Below are positions 28,695 through 39,031 of a DNA stretch of 64,000 nucleotides, one piece after another. Position numbers and translations under genes: made by a program. The notes below the pieces were generated by a model, which had not been told where the DNA came from, searched no databases, and saw only the letters and a program-made list of their open reading frames with translations. Source of the DNA: an uncultured bacterium (GTDB taxonomy: Bacteria; Bacillota_I; Bacilli_A; RF39; UBA660); assembly GCA_900314465.1 (NCBI GenBank), contig OMVK01000006.1, positions 87 through 64,086 on the forward strand, given 5' to 3'. The first letter of the stretch is position 1; every line of letters starts with the position of its first letter.

Positions 28695-29678
28695 TCAATC
28701 TTTCTTAATACTTACTTTATATACATAAGCAAATCTACTTATAATAACCATAAATACTGTTTCTCTATCCTTTACTATTTCAATATAGTCAATTGGTACA
28801 TGTAATGTATCAGATGCACTAATTAACCCATTAAAGTCATCAACAAATATAACTTCTTTATTAGATAAATCAGGAATAAAAGATAATTTAATTAATCTAT
28901 CTTTATATAATCTTAATATCTTATTTAAATCTCTTCTATATATATTTTCTTTAGGTTCAATAGATACAAGTAATGATATAGATACTAAATCAAATAATAA
29001 AGCAGCACCTAAGAATTCAAGTATTATAACAACATAAATATTATCATTATATGTATCAGTAGCATATTCAAAATCTTTAACTATTTCTGATTTATTAACA
29101 TCAATAGAATTAGTACCATCTAAATTAATAGTTATTTGTAAATTTTTACTATTAGATACATATTTACTAATTTCACTATTATATACTTGATAATTAATAT
29201 AAATAGTATATATAGCTTTAGTAGTCTTACCCATATAATTATTATAACTATTTAATAAATCTTTCATATTAATATTAAGTAAATAATCTACATTAATTAA
29301 TTTAGAATCATTTATATCATATTTATATTCATTAGATTCATATATATTACTATCTATACCTTCAAATTTACCTATAACATAATAACTATAAGTGCCTGTA
29401 ACACTCTTATCAAAAGCACTAGAATAATTAAAAAATACATTAATATCATTTATATTATTTAAATCATATACATCTTTAGTAGACTCTGAATTATAAAAAG
29501 AACCATCTTTATTATTAATAACATAACTAGTACTATAATCATTAGTTATAAGTAATCTATTAGTATATAATTTTTCATCTCTTATATTATTAAAATAATA
29601 AATATAATAATAACATACTATTGAAAGTATAAATAATATAATAGCAAAAGTACTATATATTATTTTTCTCTTTTTCAT
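28695..29678 (-). CDS. membrane protein, function unknown (N-terminal TM, large extracytoplasmic domain, second TM pair)
   Basis: Hydropathy only. No motif recognised. Confidence 0.35.
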   Translation of the reverse strand: MKKRKIIYSTFAIILFILSIVCYYYIYYFNNIRDEKLYTNRLLITNDYSTSYVINNKDGSFYNSESTKDVYDLNNINDINVFFNYSSAFDKSVTGTYSYYVIGKFEGIDSNIYESNEYKYDINDSKLINVDYLLNINMKDLLNSYNNYMGKTTKAIYTIYINYQVYNSEISKYVSNSKNLQITINLDGTNSIDVNKSEIVKDFEYATDTYNDNIYVVIILEFLGAALLFDLVSISLLVSIEPKENIYRRDLNKILRLYKDRLIKLSFIPDLSNKEVIFVDDFNGLISASDTLHVPIDYIEIVKDRETVFMVIISRFAYVYKVSIKKD

Positions 29679-29701
29679 GACTAACCAACCCTTTTATATA
29701 A

Positions 29702-30205
29702 TTAACTAAAATTAAATATTAAATTATAATTTATATATGTATTATCATCTATAACACTTAATAAATTATTATCTATATTATTTTTAATATTAAAATATAT
29801 TGTATAAGTTACTTCACTATTAGAATTAATTGTTTTACTAGGAGTATCAATATTAACATCTAAATAATCACTAGCATAATATATGTTATTATCATTATTA
29901 TAAACTATTATTTTATTTAAAGAATCACTTATAATATCATTTAAATTAATAGATATATTACTATTATTCTTAATGGTAATAATAGCTTTAGAAGATTTAT
30001 TAACTGGTACTTTAAATGAATAATTATTTTTATTATTATATAAAATACTTAAGTTACTAGTATCTATATTAGTAGTTTCTATATCATAATTAGTTTCTAT
30101 AGTACTAGGTAAACTAAAACTTCTCTGTACTGTTACGATACCTGATGTCATTAATACTAAACCAATAATAGTTAGTATAGACATATATATTTTTCTTTTA
30201 TGCAT
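29702..30205 (-). CDS. secreted/anchored Asn-rich protein, function unknown
   Basis: Signal-like N-terminus MHKRKIYMSILTIIGLVLMTSGIVTV. Low complexity. Confidence 0.3.
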   Translation of the reverse strand: MHKRKIYMSILTIIGLVLMTSGIVTVQRSFSLPSTIETNYDIETTNIDTSNLSILYNNKNNYSFKVPVNKSSKAIITIKNNSNISINLNDIISDSLNKIIVYNNDNNIYYASDYLDVNIDTPSKTINSNSEVTYTIYFNIKNNIDNNLLSVIDDNTYINYNLIFNFS

Positions 30206-30261
30206 ATAATCACACCCTATTATTATCAATTATATAAAATATATAATTTTTAGTAAATATT

Positions 30262-30304
30262 ATTATAAAATAAAAAAGTTTTATTTCTTATCGAAATAAA
30301 ACTT
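30262..30304 (-). terminator. rho-independent terminator after the 978-aa gene
   Basis: Perfect 12-bp stem aagttttatttc-ttatc-gaaataaaactt, followed on the minus strand by TTTTTTATTTT. Confidence 0.6.
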
Positions 30305-30311
30305 TTATTTA

Positions 30312-33248
30312 TTATCTTGATCTACCTTGTTCTTCATTATTAGACTTATCATTTAAATAATTACTCATCATTTCAGTAACTTCATCACCATATTTATTTG
30401 AATATGCATACTGATTCATTGTTGATGCAACACGTGTTGCTAATACAGTAGCACTAGCAGCTGATATGATTGTAGTTAACATATCACTTGGTAAACTTGA
30501 TAAAGCAGTTACTTGTTCAGCAGTAAGTCCAGCTAACTCAGTTCCATATTGAACAGCTTGTAATTCAGCTTGATTAGCATTTAAGATAGCATCTGGATGA
30601 CTAACAATATATTCCATAGCTTCTTGTGTTGCATGTAAATCAAATTGTGGATGACTTTGAGCATAAACTTTTAATACATCAAGACCTTCTTGAACAGTTT
30701 CATTAAGAGCTTTTTGTGATTCTTGACTAATAGTAGTTAATTGTTTTAAGGCATCTTGTGCGTTAATTGAACCAGTTGCATAATCAGATGCTGTTTGATT
30801 AATTTGATTATTAACACTATCAAAATTATTATTAAAATATTGATGATTTGCTGGATCCATTGTATGGTAACTATCATTAAATGTCCAGTTGTTACTATCA
30901 AGTGCAGTTCTTTCTTTAACATCAGCTACAGTAAGTGTATCTTGATAAGATTTAGCTTTTTGCCCTTCAGCAAAGACATCTGCTTTACCTTGAAGGTCTT
31001 TACCAATATCATTAGCACGATCAACAGTTTGATTATTTGCAGCATTTATTCTAGCAGCTTCTGCTTGTTGCTGTTGTAGTAGTTGTTTATCAGCTAAATT
31101 AACACGTACAGCATTTACAGCACTAATTGCAGATGAAACTATAGCAATTGTTGTAAATAAATCAGTAAAGAATGGATCATCTCTATAATCTAATTGTTTT
31201 ACTAGAGGTGAATAATATTTTTTACCAGAACTTCTTCTTCCAAAGAAACTATTACTTATTTCTGTATTTTCAGAATATATTTTTTCTTTTTCTACAAAGT
31301 TCTTAACGATACCTTCAGCATCACCATTAGCTCTTGCAGTTTCAAAGCCATTATCAGCTTTAGCTAGTCTTGCTTGTAATTCATTGTCAAAATCATAAGA
31401 CTTTGCAAATCTTCTACCTTGATAATTCATTTTAGTAGAAGTCGCTTTAAAGTCTTCATGCAATCCATGAATACCACTAGAAGCAAGATTATTAGCTTTA
31501 ATTCTTGTATCGTTAATTTCTAATACAATAGATGAAGCATTTTGATATAATTGTGTTCTCTTATTTTGAAGAATATTTTTCTTGTTAGAATCTTTTTCTT
31601 TAGCAATTTGTGAATCTAGTACATCTATTTCTTTTAATAAAACAAATAATTTTTTGTAATCACTAGTAATTACTTCATTATGTTTATCTAACTTATTAGT
31701 TAAATATTCAGATATTTTTGCTTCTATTAAACTATTTATTGAATTATTACTATCAGTTATTAATAAACTACCTTTATATTCATTAGCTAATACTTCTAAT
31801 TCTTCATCAGATAATTCATCTAATCTTCCTTTAATTGTATCAATAACATCTTTCATCTTTTTAGATTTACTACCTAAAGTATGTCTAATTATTGGATAAA
31901 TTAATCTTTGAACTCCCTTCTTAAAAAATCCAACTACATTATAAATCCAATTATCTTCTTTTAATTCTTCTTTAAATTTTTTAGAAACTTTAAGATTTCC
32001 ATAAGTATATTTCTTTCCTGTATTTTTCTTTATATCTAGTCCATCAGTAAGTTTAGCAATAATTCCTTCTACTGAAGGTTTAACCTTAATATTTTTATCT
32101 TCTTTTTTAGGTTCAGGTAATTCTGGAGTTACGTCATCTATTGTCTTTCCAGGTAATCTTGGTATTTCATCACCAATTGTCTTTCCAGGTAATCTTGGTA
32201 TTTCATCTTTATTCTCATTTTTCTCTAAATCAAGTGTTATATATCTTATCTTAACAGTATATCTAGAATAAGGATTTTCATTTTGTCCATCATAGATCTT
32301 TCTTACATTATCTTCAGAAATTTCATAATAATCTTCACCATTTTGTTTTATAATTGTACTTTCATCTCTAGAAATTTTAAATCTATCAAAAACATCTTGC
32401 TTTGCAAAATATTTTTTTGAATTAATATCTTGTAAGAAAACATATTCAGGAATATCGCCTTGATTGTCAACATCATTTTTCTTATTTTCTTCAGGACCCT
32501 TGTTTTCTTCATGAATATGTTCTTGTTCTTTCTTTTTATCATCAGCAGATAAAGCAATTGGAGTAAAAGGTTGTCCATCAATAATTGCTGCTCTTTCAAA
32601 ATCCTCAGTCCCTGGTATATAGCCTTCTGCTACATAATCATCATATGCTTCAGGATTCATATGATATTCTTCTGCAGTTGGTACATGTTCAGTATTTTCT
32701 TTAGCTTCTTTACGTCTATTCTCTTCTTGAACTAATGCATCATATTCTTTTTCTAAATCACTATTTTCTTCAAGACCGTTTTCTTGATGTGCTAGAAAAT
32801 TATATAAATCATTAATTTGTGATTCTAATTCTTCATCACTCAATTTTGAAGAATCAAATGGCAATTCACTATCTTTTTTTTCTTTTTCCTGTTCACTAAC
32901 ATGTGTTTCTTCATGTTTAACCATTTGTTTTAATTCATCTAATGTAACAGGTTCTTTTTGATTTAAACGATCAACACTATAATCCCTATCAACAATAGCA
33001 CCCTTAGTTGAATCAGCACTAAAAGTAAATAAATCACTATTAATTAAATCATCAAATCTTAAATAATCAACATGATTCTCACCAACATTTTTTTGATCAA
33101 TTAAATCTTCACAATATTTAATTTCACTTTCAACTCTTTTAGCATCATCAGGTGTTTTAACTTCATTTATTCTTATTAAATATAAATTATATAAAACATC
33201 TATTTCTGCCATAATTGAATCTTTAATATTATCATTCATATTTTTCAC
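30312..33248 (-). CDS. large (978 aa) multidomain protein, function unknown; acidic coiled-coil N-terminal half, tandem 12-aa repeat, compositionally distinct Q/A/T-rich C-terminal region
   Basis: Tandem DEIPRLPGKTIG/DEIPRLPGKTID repeat from an exact 36-nt duplication near 32140-32215. C-terminal 330 aa are enriched in Ala/Gln/Thr, and the DNA there is visibly less AT-rich. Confidence 0.45.
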   Translation of the reverse strand: MKNMNDNIKDSIMAEIDVLYNLYLIRINEVKTPDDAKRVESEIKYCEDLIDQKNVGENHVDYLRFDDLINSDLFTFSADSTKGAIVDRDYSVDRLNQKEPVTLDELKQMVKHEETHVSEQEKEKKDSELPFDSSKLSDEELESQINDLYNFLAHQENGLEENSDLEKEYDALVQEENRRKEAKENTEHVPTAEEYHMNPEAYDDYVAEGYIPGTEDFERAAIIDGQPFTPIALSADDKKKEQEHIHEENKGPEENKKNDVDNQGDIPEYVFLQDINSKKYFAKQDVFDRFKISRDESTIIKQNGEDYYEISEDNVRKIYDGQNENPYSRYTVKIRYITLDLEKNENKDEIPRLPGKTIGDEIPRLPGKTIDDVTPELPEPKKEDKNIKVKPSVEGIIAKLTDGLDIKKNTGKKYTYGNLKVSKKFKEELKEDNWIYNVVGFFKKGVQRLIYPIIRHTLGSKSKKMKDVIDTIKGRLDELSDEELEVLANEYKGSLLITDSNNSINSLIEAKISEYLTNKLDKHNEVITSDYKKLFVLLKEIDVLDSQIAKEKDSNKKNILQNKRTQLYQNASSIVLEINDTRIKANNLASSGIHGLHEDFKATSTKMNYQGRRFAKSYDFDNELQARLAKADNGFETARANGDAEGIVKNFVEKEKIYSENTEISNSFFGRRSSGKKYYSPLVKQLDYRDDPFFTDLFTTIAIVSSAISAVNAVRVNLADKQLLQQQQAEAARINAANNQTVDRANDIGKDLQGKADVFAEGQKAKSYQDTLTVADVKERTALDSNNWTFNDSYHTMDPANHQYFNNNFDSVNNQINQTASDYATGSINAQDALKQLTTISQESQKALNETVQEGLDVLKVYAQSHPQFDLHATQEAMEYIVSHPDAILNANQAELQAVQYGTELAGLTAEQVTALSSLPSDMLTTIISAASATVLATRVASTMNQYAYSNKYGDEVTEMMSNYLNDKSNNEEQGRSR

Positions 33249-33255
33249 CCATCTA

Positions 33256-33552
33256 TTAAGCTTCCTGTTTACTATCTTTATAAATTTGTTTTAATACATC
33301 ATTTACCATATCAAGTTCTTTTTGATCAGTAATATTTTCTAAAACATTATCATCACTAGCCGGATTATAACTAGATACATATATATTCTTTCTTCCATCT
33401 TCACTAACTGAATCATCAGTATAACCAATATAAGATTTCATAGTATCTTCAGAATCAAAAGTAAATAAAATTCTATATTCTTTACTCTTTCCATCTACAT
33501 CCAAAACTAGTTTTTCATTATCAATATCAATATCCATTACGCTATCCTCCAT
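33256..33552 (-). CDS. DUF1292 (YrzB-like) family protein
   Basis: MDIDIDNEKLVLDVDGKSKEYRILFTFDSEDTMKSYIGY pattern matches DUF1292. Confidence 0.55.
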   Translation of the reverse strand: MEDSVMDIDIDNEKLVLDVDGKSKEYRILFTFDSEDTMKSYIGYTDDSVSEDGRKNIYVSSYNPASDDNVLENITDQKELDMVNDVLKQIYKDSKQEA

Positions 33553-33600
33553 ATCGTAAATAATTTTACCATATGTAATATGCTAAATCAATAAAACATA

Positions 33601-34143
33601 CTATTTAGTTTTATTACGACATGCATTATATTCATTATTTCTATGCATAAATATTGTTAGATAATCATTTAATTCTTCTCTAGACATTTTTCTCTTAGGA
33701 TTAATTTTACCATCAGAATCGACATCTATATAGCCATTATCATAAGCCCATACTAGTGAACTTAAATCCATCATATTAATATCATCATAATCTTTAAATG
33801 ACTTAATTATCATATTTTCTTCTTCACCAGTTAAATATGATGTATCATATCCAAGATAATCAGAATAACTTTTTAAAATATCAGCATATTTTATTTTAGT
33901 TAAATATGTATCTTGGCTATTTATTGGTAAATTAATATCTTGTGCAAATTCAACTGAACCATTAATTGATTTATCATCCATAGTATCATATGATGCTATC
34001 TTAGTTAATAATTCACTTTCATATGCTTTTGAATCACTTGCTTTAGCATTAACTGGATTTAAAAGTAAACCAATTAAACCACTAGTTGCTAAAACCAACA
34101 TTGTCTTTTTAACATTTTTTTTAACATCTTTAACTTTATTCAT
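33601..34143 (-). CDS. secreted protein, function unknown
   Basis: Signal peptide MNKVKDVKKNVKKTMLVLATSGLIGLLLNPVNAKA. Overlaps the miaA start by 4 nt. Confidence 0.4.
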   Translation of the reverse strand: MNKVKDVKKNVKKTMLVLATSGLIGLLLNPVNAKASDSKAYESELLTKIASYDTMDDKSINGSVEFAQDINLPINSQDTYLTKIKYADILKSYSDYLGYDTSYLTGEEENMIIKSFKDYDDINMMDLSSLVWAYDNGYIDVDSDGKINPKRKMSREELNDYLTIFMHRNNEYNACRNKTK

Positions 34144-35006
34144 TTCAAATCCCCCTTGTTTTCAACATATTTTAATACATCATTAACTGTATTGTCAAAA
34201 TTATTAAAATCAACATTAAACCATTTAATATTCATTTGATTATTAAACCATGTATATTGTCTTTTAGCATAATGTCTACTTCTCTTTTTTATTAAATCTA
34301 TAGCTTCATCTAAAGATATTTTATTATCAAAATAATCATAAAATTCTTTATAACCAATACCTGTCATCAAAGCTTTAGATCTAATACCTTTATCATAATA
34401 ATATTTAACTTCATCTATTAACCCATCATTAATCATTTTATCTACTCTTGCATTAATACGTTCATATAAAGTATTTCTATCAGTAGTAAGACCTATAAAT
34501 ATTGCATTATATAAAAGTTTATTACCATTATTACTAGTATTTTTTTGATTTAATCTTCTTATTAATCTCTTACGATTATGTATATCTATTTTAGTATTAG
34601 GATCTATACTTAATACTTTATTATATAATTCTTCATTAGATAAATTATCGTAAGTATTTAATGTTATATCTTCATCACTAAATTCATAACCATATAAACC
34701 AGCTTTAATATATAAACCAGTACCACCTACGATAATAATATTTCTATCTTTATATTCTTCTAATTTATTTCTTAAGTCTTTTTGATAATCATAAACAGTA
34801 TACATTCGACTAGGATCAACTATATCAAAAAGTTCATGAATTACGCCTTCTTTTTCTTCTTCACTTACTTTAGCAGTACCTATATTTAATCCTTTATATA
34901 CTTGCATTGAATCAGCATTTAAAATAACTGCATTATACTTATGAGCAAGTGAAACACTTAACTTAGTTTTACCAACACCAGTAGGTCCAACAATTACTAA
35001 AATCAT
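34140..35006 (-). CDS. miaA: tRNA dimethylallyltransferase
   Basis: P-loop IVGPTGVGKTKLS, ADSMQVYKGLNIGTAK, and the rest of the MiaA fold. Confidence 0.9.
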   Translation of the reverse strand: MILVIVGPTGVGKTKLSVSLAHKYNAVILNADSMQVYKGLNIGTAKVSEEEKEGVIHELFDIVDPSRMYTVYDYQKDLRNKLEEYKDRNIIIVGGTGLYIKAGLYGYEFSDEDITLNTYDNLSNEELYNKVLSIDPNTKIDIHNRKRLIRRLNQKNTSNNGNKLLYNAIFIGLTTDRNTLYERINARVDKMINDGLIDEVKYYYDKGIRSKALMTGIGYKEFYDYFDNKISLDEAIDLIKKRSRHYAKRQYTWFNNQMNIKWFNVDFNNFDNTVNDVLKYVENKGDLK

Positions 35007-35045
35007 ATTAATCTTCTTTCTAAACAAGATTAATATAACATAAAA

Positions 35046-35843
35046 TCATAATATTTTAATAATATTATTATCAAATAAGATATTCTTATTACTAGAATAT
35101 ATTTTATTTTTATAATATATTTTAGAATTATTTAATATTAGATTATTAAAATACCCTTTAACAAAAGAATTACTTTCAATAATTATATTATCTAACTTAA
35201 TATTTTTATTACGTGATTTAAATAAATATTCATCATTAGATATTATCTTATATATATTATTATCTCCTGATTTAATATTAATATTATTTTTAATATCTAT
35301 TATCTTATTTACATATATATCTTTATGTAAAACTATAATATCATTATTATTATAATTATTAATAGCAGTTTCTAAATCAGCATAATAATAATTAGATAAC
35401 GAATTTTCATTGCCATTAATAACTTCTACATAAGAATTAGTAAGTATCCATTTATTATCTTTATATATAATCGAATAATAATTATTATTAATTTTTAAAG
35501 ATAAAGAATTACTTAAAGAATTAATAATAATCTTATTATCATTTAAACTAATATTAGTTTTAATACCATAATTATTAGTAACACTAAAAGTTCTTATATC
35601 ACTATTATATATATTATTTAATATACTATCATCTAAATTACTATATATATTACTATTGATACTATTAGTTATAGTTAAATAAGTACTATTATTATCAAAA
35701 CTAATATTATATATTGTATGCTTATATTCATCTCTAGGTATATTGATATTATTATTTATATTTTTAAAAGTATCACTTATATTATTAGCATAAATATTTA
35801 TAGGTATTAATAATACAATTAATAATAACAAATACTTACGCAT
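35046..35843 (-). CDS. secreted Asn/Ile-rich low-complexity protein
   Basis: Signal peptide MRKYLLLLIVLLIPINIYA. About 25% Asn. Similar in style to 37252..37749 and 29702..30205. Confidence 0.35.
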   Translation of the reverse strand: MRKYLLLLIVLLIPINIYANNISDTFKNINNNINIPRDEYKHTIYNISFDNNSTYLTITNSINSNIYSNLDDSILNNIYNSDIRTFSVTNNYGIKTNISLNDNKIIINSLSNSLSLKINNNYYSIIYKDNKWILTNSYVEVINGNENSLSNYYYADLETAINNYNNNDIIVLHKDIYVNKIIDIKNNINIKSGDNNIYKIISNDEYLFKSRNKNIKLDNIIIESNSFVKGYFNNLILNNSKIYYKNKIYSSNKNILFDNNIIKIL

Positions 35844-35974
35844 AATAATCACTCCCTATTTTTTACATAGCATAAATAATATTATTATTAAACTTTAATT
35901 TACATAATAATTAATAATTTGACGTAATTAATAAGAATATGTATAATAAGTAGCATTAATTGGGGGAAAATATA

Positions 35975-36613
35975 ATGGAAAATAAATATGATTATGATAA
36001 GTTGCCTGATAATGATAAAGATGCTATTAAAGTTTTGTCTGCTTATACAAATAGAGAAAGTTATATTAAGAATTTAAAAGATTTTATTTTATGGGTTTTA
36101 CTTGGTTATTCCTTTGGAATTGATGCATCTCTTGTACTCAATAATATTAAAGAACATTCAGGAAATAATTTATTTTACACATCAGCATTTACAAGTGCTA
36201 CTTTAATACTTGCAGGTCTAATCAAATATGCAAAAGATAAAAAAGAAATAAAAGAACTAAGAGAATTATTCTTTAGTATGAAGACAAATGATATATCTTA
36301 TGCTGATTTTAAAAAATATTTAATTAGTTATAATAATTCAAATGATGATAAAAGAGAAAATGATAAACTTGCAGTTACTAAAGCAAGAAAATATAAAAGA
36401 TATCAAAAGAAAGATATGAAATTACAAGAAGCATATAATAAAATTAATGATAAAATAGATGAAACTGATAATCCAAGAGATAAACATGAATTAGTTAATG
36501 AACGTGCAAGAATAGATGATTTAAAACAGGATAATTTAATTGGTAAATATGAATTATTAAATGATCATGAATCAGCTGAAAGAATAAGAAAGACAAGAAA
36601 TAAGTGTATTTAA
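35975..36613 (+). CDS. membrane protein (2 TM) with basic coiled-coil C-terminus, function unknown
   Basis: GGGGGA RBS 5 nt before ATG at 35975. TM helices FILWVLLGYSFGIDASLVL and TSAFTSATLILAGLI. Confidence 0.4.
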   Translation: MENKYDYDKLPDNDKDAIKVLSAYTNRESYIKNLKDFILWVLLGYSFGIDASLVLNNIKEHSGNNLFYTSAFTSATLILAGLIKYAKDKKEIKELRELFFSMKTNDISYADFKKYLISYNNSNDDKRENDKLAVTKARKYKRYQKKDMKLQEAYNKINDKIDETDNPRDKHELVNERARIDDLKQDNLIGKYELLNDHESAERIRKTRNKCI

Positions 36614-36685
36614 CTACACTTATTTTATTTATTTTACATAAATTAAAAACTTTGTTATAATACATATGCATTAAGGGGTGATTAT

Positions 36686-37243
36686 ATGGAACAAAAACTT
36701 CCTAATATTAAAATATTAGATGAAAAAGATAAAAGACTTCACATAAAATCAAAACCTGCTACTTTTCCATTAAGTGATGATATGAAAAAACTTATAAATG
36801 ATTCCCTAGTTTATCTAGAAATGAGTCAAGATGAGAAAATAGCAAAAAAATATAATTTACGTGCTGGTATGGGTTTATCTATGTGTCAGCTTGGAATAAA
36901 TACAAGAATATTTGTTGTATCTGAAGACCATGGAGATGGTACATTTGGAAGATATGTTGTTATTAACCCAGAAATAGTAAGTCACTCTGAAGAACTTATT
37001 TATGTTGGTGAAGGCGAAGGTTGTCTATCAGTCAACAGACCTGTAGAAGGAATCGTACCAAGATATGCAAGAGTTACCTTTAAAGCTTATGATATTGATG
37101 GTAAAGAATATACAATACGTGTCCGTGAAGATATGGCAGTAGCTTTTCAACATGAATTAGATCATTTAAATGGTATTTTATTTGTTGATAAAATAGACCC
37201 TAAAAACCCATATAAAAATAAAGATATGATGAGAGAAATCTAA
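36686..37243 (+). CDS. def: peptide deformylase
   Basis: Motifs GMGLSMCQLG, EGCLSV, QHELDHLNG are the three PDF signature motifs. AGGGG RBS. Confidence 0.9.
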   Translation: MEQKLPNIKILDEKDKRLHIKSKPATFPLSDDMKKLINDSLVYLEMSQDEKIAKKYNLRAGMGLSMCQLGINTRIFVVSEDHGDGTFGRYVVINPEIVSHSEELIYVGEGEGCLSVNRPVEGIVPRYARVTFKAYDIDGKEYTIRVREDMAVAFQHELDHLNGILFVDKIDPKNPYKNKDMMREI

Positions 37244-37251
37244 TCATATCT

Positions 37252-37749
37252 TTATTTTTCATTAATAACATAATCTAAATTAATATAATTATTACTATTA
37301 TTATCTATTAATTCACTATTAGGCCATATTTTAATATTAATAACTTTAGTATCATTAGTTTTAATAGTATCTTCATAAATAATATTATTAGCACTATCAT
37401 AAAACTTATTAGTATTAATACCATCTATAGAATAATATAATTTATCAAAACTAAGTGAATTAGGATCTGTTCTATTAATACTAATCGTATATGTAATATC
37501 ATAACTATTATTATTAGTTATTGTTATATTACTACCATTTATATTTAAACCATCATTTTTATTCATAGGACTAATATTACTATTATCTATATCATATTTA
37601 ATACTAAGTTTACTATTATTGATAATATTAGTATTTCTATTCTTAAATGCATAAGAATAACCTATAAAAGCTATAGCTATAAATAATAATGTAATAAAAA
37701 AGATAGTTAATCTTTTATTTATATAATTATTTATTTCCATATATATCAC
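37252..37749 (-). CDS. secreted Asn-rich protein, function unknown
   Basis: N-terminal TM/signal LTIFFITLLFIAIAFIGYSYA. Low complexity. Confidence 0.35.
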   Translation of the reverse strand: MIYMEINNYINKRLTIFFITLLFIAIAFIGYSYAFKNRNTNIINNSKLSIKYDIDNSNISPMNKNDGLNINGSNITITNNNSYDITYTISINRTDPNSLSFDKLYYSIDGINTNKFYDSANNIIYEDTIKTNDTKVINIKIWPNSELIDNNSNNYINLDYVINEK

Positions 37750-37820
37750 TAATATTATTATATAGAATATAAAATATATAAACTAATAAAAAAGACTTAG
37801 TTTACAAATTATTAACTAAG

Positions 37821-39020
37821 TCATCTCTTTTTATTACTTATTTGCATTGGTTCGAAATCATAATCATCATTAGTAACACTGTGTATTTGATCAGCAAGAT
37901 TTAATGTTTCATTATAAACACTTTCATTAAACTTACCTACTTCTACCGTTTGTGAATATAATTCTTCATATTCATTTATTCTTGATAATAATGATTTAAA
38001 TGGATTATCTTGTTCGTTTTTAAAAGTTTCTGATGCTTTACTTATTATATTTTTTTCATCTTCGATATATTGATGATACATTTTCATTTCATCAATACTA
38101 TTTAAATCATCAGGACTAATCGTATAATCAAAATCTTTTAATTCATCAGCTTCAACACCATAAAGTTTAATTTGATCACCAGGTTTAATAGATGATGGAT
38201 CTTCAATTCCACTTTCCATTAATGTAGCAGCAATATATTCATCTCTATCTTCTTTACTATCATCTTGAGTATACTTAGATACTACACCACTTATAGTATC
38301 TCCTTCTTTGACAGTATATGGAACAGTATATAACTTATCTTCTTCAGTGTCTTTATCATTAATATTTTGTAATGATTCTATTTCTCCATGATAATGATAA
38401 CCCTTACTAGAATATATACCAATAATCTTTTTAGTTAATATATCTAAATGATTATTAACATATTCACTATCTTCGATAGAAGATAAATTATTACTAATAT
38501 TATTAATAATAGATAAACTATCATCTAATACCTTTTTAGTATCATAATCACATGATTTTATAATATCTTTATAATTATCATTAATAAAATTTATTCTTGT
38601 ATTAATATCATCTTTAACTTTATAACCAAGACTTTCAAGTTTAGAATATGGAACATCATATAAATATATTAAAGCACCACGATTAAGTGCATTTTCACTT
38701 AAGTTATTTTTCTCAAGTATTTTCTTTGATTCATCCCATTCATTACCTTCACCACAATTAGTATATTTTAATGCTATTTCTCCCATAGAATTTTCATCAA
38801 TACGATATGGTACATCATTAAATACTCCATCTTTTATCATTGAATCTATATCGATATCATCAGTTTTATTATCAGTTTCAACAATAGTTTCAGGTGCATC
38901 AATAGTTTTATTCTTTTTACTTAAGGAAAAAGCACTTATTAAAGCAACTCCCGAAAATATAACAATTGTTCCGATTAACTTACCATTATTATATATTTTT
39001 TTCTTATTATTTTTTCCCAT
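37821..39020 (-). CDS. membrane-anchored LysM-like domain protein
   Basis: N-terminal TM. YTVKEGDTISGVVSKYT...IKPGDQIKLY is a LysM-like peptidoglycan-binding motif. Confidence 0.45.
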   Translation of the reverse strand: MGKNNKKKIYNNGKLIGTIVIFSGVALISAFSLSKKNKTIDAPETIVETDNKTDDIDIDSMIKDGVFNDVPYRIDENSMGEIALKYTNCGEGNEWDESKKILEKNNLSENALNRGALIYLYDVPYSKLESLGYKVKDDINTRINFINDNYKDIIKSCDYDTKKVLDDSLSIINNISNNLSSIEDSEYVNNHLDILTKKIIGIYSSKGYHYHGEIESLQNINDKDTEEDKLYTVPYTVKEGDTISGVVSKYTQDDSKEDRDEYIAATLMESGIEDPSSIKPGDQIKLYGVEADELKDFDYTISPDDLNSIDEMKMYHQYIEDEKNIISKASETFKNEQDNPFKSLLSRINEYEELYSQTVEVGKFNESVYNETLNLADQIHSVTNDDYDFEPMQISNKKR

Positions 39021-39031
39021 ACTAACACCAT

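Noticed and set aside
30795-32599. ORFs 30795..31079 (+) and 32348..32599 (-) inside the 978-aa gene
   Set aside because: Overlapped or out-of-frame relative to the long ORF. Low-complexity translations.
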